A stretch of DNA of 64,000 nt from the sequence record PQ478073.1; one strand, written 5' to 3'. A program made the translations under genes and the position numbers. This DNA comes from a phage. The notes below the pieces were generated by a model that saw only the letters and a program-made list of their open reading frames with translations, was not told the DNA's origin and searched no databases. The stretch's first letter is position 1, and every line of letters starts with the position of its first letter. Shown here piece after piece: positions 28,771-38,600 of this stretch.

Positions 28771-30195
28771 ATGTCAGATAACAAATCTACTTCCAGATTT
28801 AATGAAGTATCTCCGGCACTCCAGAAAGAATGTCAAGAACGTCTGGTTCTGGCTCGTACATCTTTGATGTTAACTGCACCATTCTTTGGTGTACTCGCTT
28901 CACGTTTACGTCCAGTTCCTAATAATACATGGTGTCGTACTCTAGCAGTGGATGGTAAACATCTATTCTACAACGTAGAATTTGTAATGGGTATTCAAGA
29001 CCCATCTAAAAAGAAAGAATATGAAGAAGCTATTCGTGAAAAGCACCCTGAAGTTACAGACGAACAATTAAAAGAAATGACTGAAGGTTTGACTGATGAA
29101 AACCTTGTTGCAGTAATTTGTCATGAAATCCTACACTGTGCTTACGATCACTTCCTTCGTCGTGGTATGCGTGATCCACAACGTTATAACCGTGCAGCGG
29201 ATTATGCCATTAACCAAATCATCGTTCGTGAGAAAATTGGAAAAATCCAAAGTTCATGGTTGTATGATAAAAAATATGAAGGTATGACCGCAGAAGAGAT
29301 TTACATTCTTCTTGAAGAAGAAGAAGAAAAGCAAGATGGTGAAGGACAAGGACAACCACAAAGCGGTGGTGGTGAAGGTGAAGGTAAAAATCGTGGAACT
29401 TTTGGTGATATTAAAGATGGTAAGGGTAAACCAAAAGGTACTACAATTGACCAACATGACGTTCCACAAGAAGGTCAAGAAGGTGGTTCTAGTGAACAAC
29501 AAAAACGCGATTATATGGATGATTTCAAAACAGCAATGATGAATGCTGCACGTGCAGGTGGTACACCAGCAGAAATCGCTCGTATGATTAACAACTTCAA
29601 AGAACCAAAGATTGACTGGCGTTCAAAACTTCAACGTACTCTTCGTAGTTGGTTGAAGTCTGATGCAACTTATCAAAATCCAAATCGCCGTTCATGGGGT
29701 GCTGGTTTTGGTTCTAATGGTTCATTCTATGGTAATCCAATTTACCCAGGGATGAAACCAGATGATGATATTGATATTGCGATTGCACTAGATGCTTCTG
29801 GGTCTATTTCTGAAGATATGCTTCGTGATTTCATTAGTGAAGTTCTTGGCATCACTAAACAATTCAAACAGTTTAAGATTCGTATCATGACTTTTGATAC
29901 TGAAGTTTATACTGTAAAGGATTACAAAACTGGCGAAGAACGTAAGATTCTGGAATATCCAGTAAAAGGTGGTGGTGGTACTGACTTTGAAGCAGTATGG
30001 GTTCATATGAAGAACGACAACTACAAGCCTAAACAGCTTGTAATGTTTACTGATGGTGAACCGTGGCAGTCATGGGGTGATCCAAACTACTGTAAAACAC
30101 TGTTCGTGATTCACAGTAACCCAAATAAAGTTGCACCATTTGGTGAGACTGTACACTACGAATATGAAGCTGATAAAAAGCGTCAACGTAGTTAA
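28771..30195 (+). CDS. HExxH putative metallopeptidase domain + von Willebrand factor A (VWA) domain protein
   Basis: VAVICHEILHCAYDH (HExxH); Gly-rich linker; MIDAS-like DIAIALDASGSIS and downstream FTDGEP. Confidence 0.7.
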   Translation: MSDNKSTSRFNEVSPALQKECQERLVLARTSLMLTAPFFGVLASRLRPVPNNTWCRTLAVDGKHLFYNVEFVMGIQDPSKKKEYEEAIREKHPEVTDEQLKEMTEGLTDENLVAVICHEILHCAYDHFLRRGMRDPQRYNRAADYAINQIIVREKIGKIQSSWLYDKKYEGMTAEEIYILLEEEEEKQDGEGQGQPQSGGGEGEGKNRGTFGDIKDGKGKPKGTTIDQHDVPQEGQEGGSSEQQKRDYMDDFKTAMMNAARAGGTPAEIARMINNFKEPKIDWRSKLQRTLRSWLKSDATYQNPNRRSWGAGFGSNGSFYGNPIYPGMKPDDDIDIAIALDASGSISEDMLRDFISEVLGITKQFKQFKIRIMTFDTEVYTVKDYKTGEERKILEYPVKGGGGTDFEAVWVHMKNDNYKPKQLVMFTDGEPWQSWGDPNYCKTLFVIHSNPNKVAPFGETVHYEYEADKKRQRS

Positions 30196-30206
30196 GTACT
30201 AAATAA

Positions 30207-30237
30207 TGAGAACGGAATTTTCCGTTCTCTTCTTTTA
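30207..30237 (+). terminator. rho-independent terminator
   Basis: gagaacgg / aatt / ccgttctc hairpin followed by ttcttttat. Confidence 0.7.
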
Positions 30238-30241
30238 TAAG

Positions 30242-30270
30242 TGGGACAACTTATAAAAATATGATATAAT
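30242..30270 (+). promoter_or_regulatory. promoter-like site, class A
   Basis: TGGGAC 30242-30247, 17-nt spacer, TG-extended TATAAT 30265-30270. Confidence 0.55.
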
Positions 30271-30304
30271 AGTTAATGTACCAATATACATGGAGAGTAT
30301 TAAA

Positions 30305-30550
30305 ATGGAACAAGAAAATAATCAAATTCAACTAACCCTTCTAGACCTAATCAATGCTGCAAAAATCATGGAAGCTGCTGTTGCACGAAACACCTTTAAA
30401 GTTGAAGAACTCGTTGAGGTTGCTCCAGTTGTATCTAAATTTGTTTCTTTTGCAAATGTAGCTCTTGAAGATATTAAAGCACAAGAAGATGCAGCTAAAG
30501 AAGAAGCTGAATCACAAGATAGTGAAACTCAAGAAGATAAAGGAGAATAA
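30305..30550 (+). CDS. hypothetical acidic protein (81 aa)
   Basis: ORF track frame; ATG 30305 six nt after GGAGAG. Confidence 0.5.
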   Translation: MEQENNQIQLTLLDLINAAKIMEAAVARNTFKVEELVEVAPVVSKFVSFANVALEDIKAQEDAAKEEAESQDSETQEDKGE

Positions 30551-30552
30551 TT

Positions 30553-31209
30553 ATGGCAGCTATTCGTCATGTTGGTGTAATGCGTAATACAGGTTCTCGT
30601 GTTTTTGTTGTTTGGCGTTCACTACCAGATGATCCTGAACACTGCCTTATTGTTTATCGTGATTCACTACCAGAAGCATATGTTCACGCAGTAACTGATA
30701 TTGTTATGGGTCATGGTCAATCTAATATTGATTTGTGGGAAGTAATGCATAAAATTGGTTATCTCGATGGACGCAAAATGCTAGATGTTCTACACAATAT
30801 GCAGCATCTACGTCGCGTTCGTACTTGTGACATTGATATGCACACTGGTGGTAATAATAAAATTTCTCTTGATGTTCTAAACAAAGCATTAGATGAAAAT
30901 CAAGCAAAAGTACAAGAAGATGGTAAAGTAAAAGACTTTAACCCATTCAATCCACAAGAAGCGGACACTAAAGTAGAAGAAGCTACTATTGTAGAACAAC
31001 TTCTCACTGATGCACAAAAATATGAAAAACTGGCTAAAGAACATTATGAACGTGCATATAATTTAGAGCCAAGTTTGCGTCCACAAACACAAGTTGTTGA
31101 ACAACCGAAAGATAGTAAAACAATTTATCTAGAAATTCCAGAAGGTATTTCACAGACTAAAGCTATTGAGAAAGTAAAACAACTATTTGCAGAACGTAAA
31201 GCAAAATAA
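30553..31209 (+). CDS. hypothetical protein (218 aa)
   Basis: ORF track; aaggagaa SD. Confidence 0.55.
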   Translation: MAAIRHVGVMRNTGSRVFVVWRSLPDDPEHCLIVYRDSLPEAYVHAVTDIVMGHGQSNIDLWEVMHKIGYLDGRKMLDVLHNMQHLRRVRTCDIDMHTGGNNKISLDVLNKALDENQAKVQEDGKVKDFNPFNPQEADTKVEEATIVEQLLTDAQKYEKLAKEHYERAYNLEPSLRPQTQVVEQPKDSKTIYLEIPEGISQTKAIEKVKQLFAERKAK

Positions 31210-31212
31210 AAT

Positions 31213-31806
31213 ATGAAAAAGAATGAATTAGATGAAGCAATAAAAGGTTTATCTAATGTATGTTTTAGTGGCGGGGCAGCAGGTGCTGACCGCCTTTTTT
31301 CTATCTATGCAAAAAATAATGGATTTGAAGTTATTAATTTTTCATTCAAAGGTCATGAGCATAGTGTAGATGAAAGTACTATATTAGAAATACCATCCAA
31401 TATTCTATCTGATATTTCTATATTAAATCAACTAAACATTGCATGTTACTCGTTACAGCGAAAAGTACCGAAGCCTGGTTCTTATGTTTACAACTTACTT
31501 GCAAGGAATAGTTATCAGATACTTAATACAGAAAGAATATATTGTATTGCAAATATCACATCACCAACTAAGGTAAGTGGTGGTACTGCATGGGCAGTAC
31601 AGATGTATATGGATTCAGTTGAAAATCCTGAAATTTATTGTTATGATATGAATTCACGTTCAGTATTTTATTTCGATACAGTACTGAAAGAGTTCACACA
31701 AACATTCGTCGTTCCAGCACCACATGGTAACTGGACTGGTATTGGTTCACGCAATGCCACCGAAAAACATATGGAACATTTTATTACATTTTTCAAGGAA
31801 GAATAA
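31213..31806 (+). CDS. SLOG/Rossmann-like nucleotide-binding fold protein (197 aa)
   Basis: Gly-rich motifs CFSGGAAGADRLF and TKVSGGTAWAV resemble the two glycine loops of the DprA/LOG/YpsA-type fold; translationally coupled to thyA. Confidence 0.35.
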   Translation: MKKNELDEAIKGLSNVCFSGGAAGADRLFSIYAKNNGFEVINFSFKGHEHSVDESTILEIPSNILSDISILNQLNIACYSLQRKVPKPGSYVYNLLARNSYQILNTERIYCIANITSPTKVSGGTAWAVQMYMDSVENPEIYCYDMNSRSVFYFDTVLKEFTQTFVVPAPHGNWTGIGSRNATEKHMEHFITFFKEE

Positions 31807-32735
31807 TGAAACAACTACAAGAACTATATCAAAAAATTCTAGATGAAGGCGTAGAAAGCGTTGACCGTACTGGTGTTGGGACAATCAAACTTATCGGTCA
31901 ACAAATGCGTTTCGACCTTAACGATGGTTTCCCAGCAGTGACGACAAAACGTCTAGCTTGGAAAGCAATGACTTCAGAATTACTATGGTTTATTGAAGGT
32001 TCCCATGATGAGCGTCGCCTTTGTGAAATTTTGCATGGAACTCGTGATACCGAAAAGAAAACAATTTGGACAGATAATTACCTAAATCAAGGCGTTGCTC
32101 TTGGTTATACTGGTGGTGAATTGGGTCCAGTGTATGGTAAGCAATGGCGTGAATGGGAAGATTATAAATTTAGTTCCAGTACTGAAGAAATTCAAGAATT
32201 AAAAGATAAAGGATACAAAGTTATCGATTATACTGGTTCACATGGTGTTGTTATGAAACGTACAACTGACCAATTACAAGAACTAATCAAAGGTATAAAG
32301 TCCGATCCATATGGTCGTCGCCACATTCTAAGTGCATGGAACGTTGGTGAGCTTGATGATATGACGTTGCCACCTTGTCATAGCTTTGTGCAATTTTGTG
32401 TAGTACAAGGGAAACTAAGCTGCATTCTACATCAACGCTCCGCTGATCTATTTTTAGGAGTTCCATTTAATATCAGTAGTTACTCACTACTAACTCATAT
32501 GATTGCACAAATTACTGGTTTAGATGTTGGTGAATTTATTTGGAATGGTGGTGATTGTCACATTTATAAAAACCACGTTGAACAAGTAAAAGAACAACTA
32601 CAGCGAAAACCTCGTGAATTACCTGAATTGTGGCTTGATCCTACAATTACTAATATTGAAGATTTCACAATGGATTCTTTCAAATTAGTGAATTACAACC
32701 CAATGCCAACAATTAAAGCACCGATGGCTGTATAA
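31806..32735 (+). CDS. thyA: thymidylate synthase
   Basis: DRTGVGT, FPAVTTKR, LGPVYGKQWR, SAWNVGELDDMTLPPCHSFVQF, GKLSCILHQRSADLFLGVPFNISSY, IKAPMAV closely parallel ThyA. Confidence 0.95.
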   Translation: MKQLQELYQKILDEGVESVDRTGVGTIKLIGQQMRFDLNDGFPAVTTKRLAWKAMTSELLWFIEGSHDERRLCEILHGTRDTEKKTIWTDNYLNQGVALGYTGGELGPVYGKQWREWEDYKFSSSTEEIQELKDKGYKVIDYTGSHGVVMKRTTDQLQELIKGIKSDPYGRRHILSAWNVGELDDMTLPPCHSFVQFCVVQGKLSCILHQRSADLFLGVPFNISSYSLLTHMIAQITGLDVGEFIWNGGDCHIYKNHVEQVKEQLQRKPRELPELWLDPTITNIEDFTMDSFKLVNYNPMPTIKAPMAV

Positions 32736-32739
32736 ACGA

Positions 32740-32769
32740 AAAGGGAGAACTAATGTTCTCCCTTTTTTT
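32740..32769. terminator. bidirectional rho-independent terminator at convergent gene ends
   Basis: A-run, gggagaac / taat / gttctccc hairpin, T-run. Confidence 0.75.
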
Positions 32770-32770
32770 A

Positions 32771-34735
32771 TTATCTAATTGTTACCAATGTTCTTCCGTC
32801 GAAACGTACATCAGGAGTTGAAGGTATACTAAACACTACGTTAGTGCCGTTAAACGTAACGCTATCGACCTCAACACGAGTATAGACACCAGGACTAACC
32901 TGTTCCTGTATCTCTGCTGTGACGATGTTTGAGGCTGTTACAGTAAGGGTGTAGTAGTTACCACTTAATACCCAAGATGAAATGGTAAAAGCATCGGTTC
33001 TCACTGAACCTGAACCAATCGGAACCCATTGACCTTGAACTTTTTGCATTGAAGTACGCTCGGTATTTGAGTATGCAATCATACCATCAACGCCAACAGA
33101 GTTATCAATAGTTGCTAGTACTGGTAATTGGATACCATATCTATTAAAACGTGTTCTTATAGTTCCATTATCATAGATACTTACATCAGCATAATTACCC
33201 ATTGATAGTTTTAAATCAGAACTAACTAATTGGATTGTACTTTGATTAGTAGTACTTTCTAATGTAATTATACCATTAGCTAATAGATTTATATTTTTAA
33301 ATTTATTAGTTGTTCCATTGAAATTAGTGTTTGCTGTAAACGTACTAACTCCATTAACTGTAATTGTATCTGATGCAGCATCGCCTAATATGGTATTACC
33401 TTGAATGTTCAAATTACCACTAGCAGTGATATTACTAGCTGATGTATCACCAGTCAATGTGCTTGTACCATCAACCACAATATTACCATGAAACGCACTT
33501 TCACCATTTTTAAATTCAACTTGTACTTTATTCATTGAACTAAATGAAATAATATTACTACTAGCACTTAGTCCAACATTAGTATTGGTTGCATTATCAA
33601 ATCTTAGTACTGGGGTTGATGCTGGGGTTGAGGTTGTTTGGTATAATGTTAATGTTGAATTATTAATTCTAATACGTTCAGTTCCCGCAGTACTGAAACC
33701 AATTGCATCATCTGCTGGATGAAACATACCAGTATTAGCGTCTGACCATTTTGCAGGATCATTACCTGGGTTATTGGTTGGATCAAATGGATTGTTATTA
33801 AATGTCAATGCTGGTGCTGCTGCACTACCATACACCACACCAAAACGCCCTGAGCCGCTTGTTCCATCATTATACATGGAATCACCAGTTCTACGTAAAC
33901 ATTCAATCACAACGTTATCTATGGATGTTTGTACGGTTCCTGCGTTCGTTCTAAATTGACGATGGTTTGCAATCATTACTGTATTGTCATATAATACAGA
34001 AGCAGCAGAAATGCTTGTTCTTGACTGGCGTAGACGTATGTTTTTATCTTCAGTTATAATGATCCAATCACCATCTGATAGTGCGGTTTGGTTCATTGGA
34101 ACGCCTGAAGCAAATGGTTTGGTTAAGTCAGCATCTGTTGCTAAATTTTTAAGACCATCATGACCAGTACTAGGTATGGAAGCAGTAATAATTCTAGCAA
34201 ATGCATAAGTGACAAGTTTTGCACCTGAAACATTTGGATTTGAATCAACATAATAAAGGATTTCAATCCAGTTTCCCTGACCAGTTGGGTTGGTTGGTGT
34301 AAATGTAACCGGACTTGTTTGTGGGTTATTTGCTTCAAAGTGTGCTTGTGCTGCATCCATAATACCACGAACAACATAATAATCACCATTAAGTGATGCT
34401 GAAGGTGCAGGGAGCGGTGTTTGTGCCAAAGGTGGATCGATGTCGTCAGGGATTGGATTATATGTACCTACGAACTGCAAACCACTTGTTACCGAATCTG
34501 GTAATTGTGAAGTAAGGAGTTTGCCATTGGCATCTAAGTTTGCAAAACGACGATATGCCATTGTACCATCTTCAAAATCCAAAACACCTTCAAATGATTT
34601 CCATTCTTTATTGTACCTAATCATCCCTGAACGTATTACATCAGCGGTTTCTTTAGATGGTGCTTTCGGTAACTCTAAAAAAGATTTACTATCTATGATA
34701 ACACCACCATCACCTCTAATTCGATTTATACTCAT
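32771..34735 (-). CDS. tail fibre / receptor-binding-type structural protein (654 aa)
   Basis: ORF track; GAGGAA SD; T/S/N/G-rich beta-rich composition; located in fibre gene block. Confidence 0.5.
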   Translation of the reverse strand: MSINRIRGDGGVIIDSKSFLELPKAPSKETADVIRSGMIRYNKEWKSFEGVLDFEDGTMAYRRFANLDANGKLLTSQLPDSVTSGLQFVGTYNPIPDDIDPPLAQTPLPAPSASLNGDYYVVRGIMDAAQAHFEANNPQTSPVTFTPTNPTGQGNWIEILYYVDSNPNVSGAKLVTYAFARIITASIPSTGHDGLKNLATDADLTKPFASGVPMNQTALSDGDWIIITEDKNIRLRQSRTSISAASVLYDNTVMIANHRQFRTNAGTVQTSIDNVVIECLRRTGDSMYNDGTSGSGRFGVVYGSAAAPALTFNNNPFDPTNNPGNDPAKWSDANTGMFHPADDAIGFSTAGTERIRINNSTLTLYQTTSTPASTPVLRFDNATNTNVGLSASSNIISFSSMNKVQVEFKNGESAFHGNIVVDGTSTLTGDTSASNITASGNLNIQGNTILGDAASDTITVNGVSTFTANTNFNGTTNKFKNINLLANGIITLESTTNQSTIQLVSSDLKLSMGNYADVSIYDNGTIRTRFNRYGIQLPVLATIDNSVGVDGMIAYSNTERTSMQKVQGQWVPIGSGSVRTDAFTISSWVLSGNYYTLTVTASNIVTAEIQEQVSPGVYTRVEVDSVTFNGTNVVFSIPSTPDVRFDGRTLVTIR

Positions 34736-34817
34736 TAAATATTTCCTCAGAATAGATTATATATGATGTATTTATTTTAGTTAAAAGAAAAGGCCAACCA
34801 TAGTTGACCTTATAATA

Positions 34818-35597
34818 TTAACGAGTACGTTCAGGAATTTCAATACCTTCATATACCCAAGTTGCAGCTTGTTGTGCTTTATAAATTGCATCAGGATCTA
34901 AATCATCAACTGCATCAATTGCAGCACACTGACGATCACATTCTGCAAACAACTGTTCTACCATAGCAAATGCTTCAGTATATAGTTGTGTCATTTCAGC
35001 AGCAGATAGTTTAACTATTGCATCATCGAGAAATATAGAGACAGTTTCAGCACCAGAAGTTACTTGAGTATAATAGTTAAGTAACATTTGACGACCAGCT
35101 AGATCAGTACTATAACGTTGTCCTTTAAACAAATAACCACGATTAATACGTTCACCACGTTCTGCTACAGTTCTGGATTTTAAATCATATTTCACATCAG
35201 TAATATTCATATCAACGTAATGGTATGTTTTCAGTACTGTTAGTGCTTTATACTCTGATGTAGCTTCTTCAATAAATTCAACAACTGGTTGATTATCATC
35301 TTTTAACTTAATAAACTCCAATGGTTGTTCAATAGCATTAACATTGCCAATATTTTTATACACTAACCACCAAAAACCTTCTTCTTTTCTAACAGCATCA
35401 TTAGGTTCCACTGGAGAACCATCTTTACTTGAAATACCATAAAGAGTTCTAATATCACTATAAAGATAACGATAGGTTTGTGGATCTTCTGGTGTAGCAC
35501 CTGGACGTTCTTTCAATCCTTTTACACCAATTGGGTTAGAAATAATGCTACCCAATTCATAATTTTCTTTTGAATTTCCTTTCACATATGTGAACAT
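34818..35597 (-). CDS. hypothetical protein (259 aa), possibly fibre-associated
   Basis: ORF track; GAGGT SD; position between fibre genes. Confidence 0.5.
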   Translation of the reverse strand: MFTYVKGNSKENYELGSIISNPIGVKGLKERPGATPEDPQTYRYLYSDIRTLYGISSKDGSPVEPNDAVRKEEGFWWLVYKNIGNVNAIEQPLEFIKLKDDNQPVVEFIEEATSEYKALTVLKTYHYVDMNITDVKYDLKSRTVAERGERINRGYLFKGQRYSTDLAGRQMLLNYYTQVTSGAETVSIFLDDAIVKLSAAEMTQLYTEAFAMVEQLFAECDRQCAAIDAVDDLDPDAIYKAQQAATWVYEGIEIPERTR

Positions 35598-35660
35598 ATA
35601 ACTACCTCACTTGTTATGATGGTGTCACCCAAAAGAGTGACACCTTTATTATTATAATTA

Positions 35661-38600
35661 TTAAGCTGTACGTTGTGCAATAAACATATCTACAACTGGA
35701 CTTACACCATCATAAATGACTTGGTAAATGGTCACAGAGTTTGCAGTTTTGTTTAGAGTGCCATCAACAACCGCATAAGTACCATCAGTAGTAAAGTTTC
35801 TGTTACCAGTTGCATCTTGTTTCACATAAATGTATACTGAAGATGCTTTACCACCACCGATTAGACCAGTGATTGGTGCTAGAGTTGTATCTTGATCAAG
35901 GGTGATAAAGTATACGTTGCTAGTACCATCAGGAGTCCAAGTACCAGTTGGTGCAATAACAGAAGAAGTTACTTGATTAGGAATAACATCATATTTTTTA
36001 GTAGTTACAGTAGTAGTAGTTAAATCAGCATTAGTTGTTGTTAGTTGACCAGTAACTGTTACATTTTTGTCAAACACAGCATTTTCTTTGAAAGAAGATG
36101 TTGCATTAACAGTTAATGTATCAGCAGCAGCGTCACCTAGAACAACACTACCATTTGCAGTCATTAAACCAGTAACAGTTAAAGTACCACCTACGGTTGC
36201 TGCACCAGTTACAGATGCACTAGCAAGAGTAGCAGCACCAGAAGTAGTAATTGTAGTTACAGAAGTAGCAGCAAGGGTAGCAGTACCAGTTGCAGAAATA
36301 TCACCACCGACAGTTAGGTTACCAGAAGTAATACCAACAGTTCCTGTGATATTCGCACCACTTGACATAGTAACTGCACCACCGAATGAACCAGTAGTAG
36401 TTACTTCAAGAGTGTTACCTTTTAGTAAACCAGTTGCAGTAATGCTTGTTCCTGCGGTAATACTAGTACCAGCAGCAACACTGTTAGTTGCAGTTAAAGA
36501 TTTAACAGCCACATCAGAGTTAGCTTGGTTTAGCGTTGCGTTTAGAACACCAGTTACTGTAAAGTTACCATTGTTAACTACGTTACCATTGATGGTTAAG
36601 TTGTTGTTTTGTGAACCAACATCACCAATAGTTGCAGATTTAGAAATCAATTCTGCACCAGATGTGATATTACCTGCTGCACTAATAGTATCAGCAGCAA
36701 CAACAGCATATGGTTCGATAGTTTGACCACTAACATCGATATCAGCGTTGATACCACCGTCTACACGCAAGGAACCTGCGATGTAAGTGTTAGGGAAAAT
36801 CTGAACTGTTTCTGGTTGATCACCAATTTTTGTACCAATTACAACGTTCGCACCAGTTTTAACTGCACCAGATGTTGTTAGTGAACCTAAAGTTGCTTCA
36901 CCAACTACACCTAATGTACCACCTACGGTTGCGTTATTAGTAACTGCCAAAGCTGTTCCTTCACCGTTAAGGGTGATAGATGGAGCAGTCGCTGCACCAG
37001 TTACGCCTAATGTACCACCTACGGTTGCGTTGCCATCAGAATGTAGTGTAGTAGCTACAGAAAGACTGTTTGCAACTACATCAGTACTTGCAAGATCCAA
37101 TGCACCTGGTGTTAATGTACCAGTAATGTTAACATTATTACCAAAGGTTGCTGCACCAGTAACATCTAGAGTTGTACTAAATGTACCAGAAGTTGCAGAA
37201 ACAGCACCAGAATCTAGTGAACCTACAGTTGCTTTTCCAGTTACACCTAGTGTACCACCTACAGTTGCGTCGGTTGTTACACCTAATGTACCAGTACTAA
37301 CTTCTTGAGCGGTTGCTTTACCAGATGCAGTAATAGTTGAAGTAGATACTCCCCCAGTTAATGTGCTTGCACCAGTTACTGCTAAAGTTGTTGCTGCTGT
37401 TACGCTGTTCACGTTAAGGTCAGCACCAGCTAGGTTCAAACCACCTTCAGGAATAAATTCACCCTTCACTGTTAGTTTTTGTACTGTACTATCACCAGTG
37501 ACTGCCAGTGTAGATGCAGTTAAACCACCATTCATACTAGCTGCACCAGTTACACCGAGTGTAGTGGTTACAACAGCACTATTAAGAGTAGCAGTGTCGG
37601 AAATATTAGCACTTGGTGCAGCAATAGTCCCAGCATCAACTTGAATACCACCAGTAACAACTTGGATACCACCAGCATTAACAGTGAGTTTACCAGCAGT
37701 GTTTAAGGTATTTGATACAGTTGTAGCACCAGATAGTGTACTTGTACCAGTAACACTTAGATTACCAGAAATTATTGGGCTACCAGTTACATTACCAGTT
37801 GTTAGAATTAAATCAGTACCTACAGTTGTAGAACCAGTACTTTCTAATGTTACACCAACAATGTTAGAAGAACTTAGGTTAATTGAACCTGTTACAGTCA
37901 AGTCACCATTAACAGTTGCGTTACCTAGTGAATTTAATGATTTCACTGAAACATCAGTAGTGCTAAGGTCAATTACACCCGCAGTTAATGTACCAGATAC
38001 AGCCAAATCACCAGTGATTGCAGTGTTTTTAGTAATAGAAACACTTTCAGCAGCAGAAGTTAGAGAACCAACAGTCAAAGCACCGCCAACAGTGGCGTTA
38101 TTAGTAACGTTAAGTGCAGTACCAACACCAGATAGTGTTGCAGACGCACCATTAACAGCACCAGAGATATTTGCATTTGCAGCAGATACATCACCTGAAA
38201 CAACCGCAGTTGTTGCATTTACTGTAGTTGCAGTAATATCAGTACTTTGTACTTTTGGTAGTAGGTTAACACCTTCAGCACTACTAACAGTGATGATTCC
38301 AGCACTTGTTAGAGATTTTACTGATACATCAGCAGCAGATAGGTCTACAGTACCAGAAACAACAAGGTCACCACCAATATTTGCACCAGCAGTTGTTGTG
38401 ATTGATTTAGCATTAACATCAGTTGTTGTTAAATCAATAGCACCTGGTGTTACTGTACCAGAAACTGTTAGGTCACCAGTAATAGATGTATTATTAGCAA
38501 TAGATACACCCGCAGTATTACCAATGGTTGGAACTTCAATAGAAACTGCTGTAACTTTACCAGAAGATGTTACATCAGCAACAGAAGTTGCACCAGTTAC

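Noticed and set aside
35626-35660. Inverted repeat ggtgtcac ... gtgacacc between two minus-strand fibre genes as a terminator
   Set aside because: The T-run lies on the plus strand where nothing is transcribed towards it; on the minus strand the hairpin is not followed by a U-run, so at most an RNA-stability element
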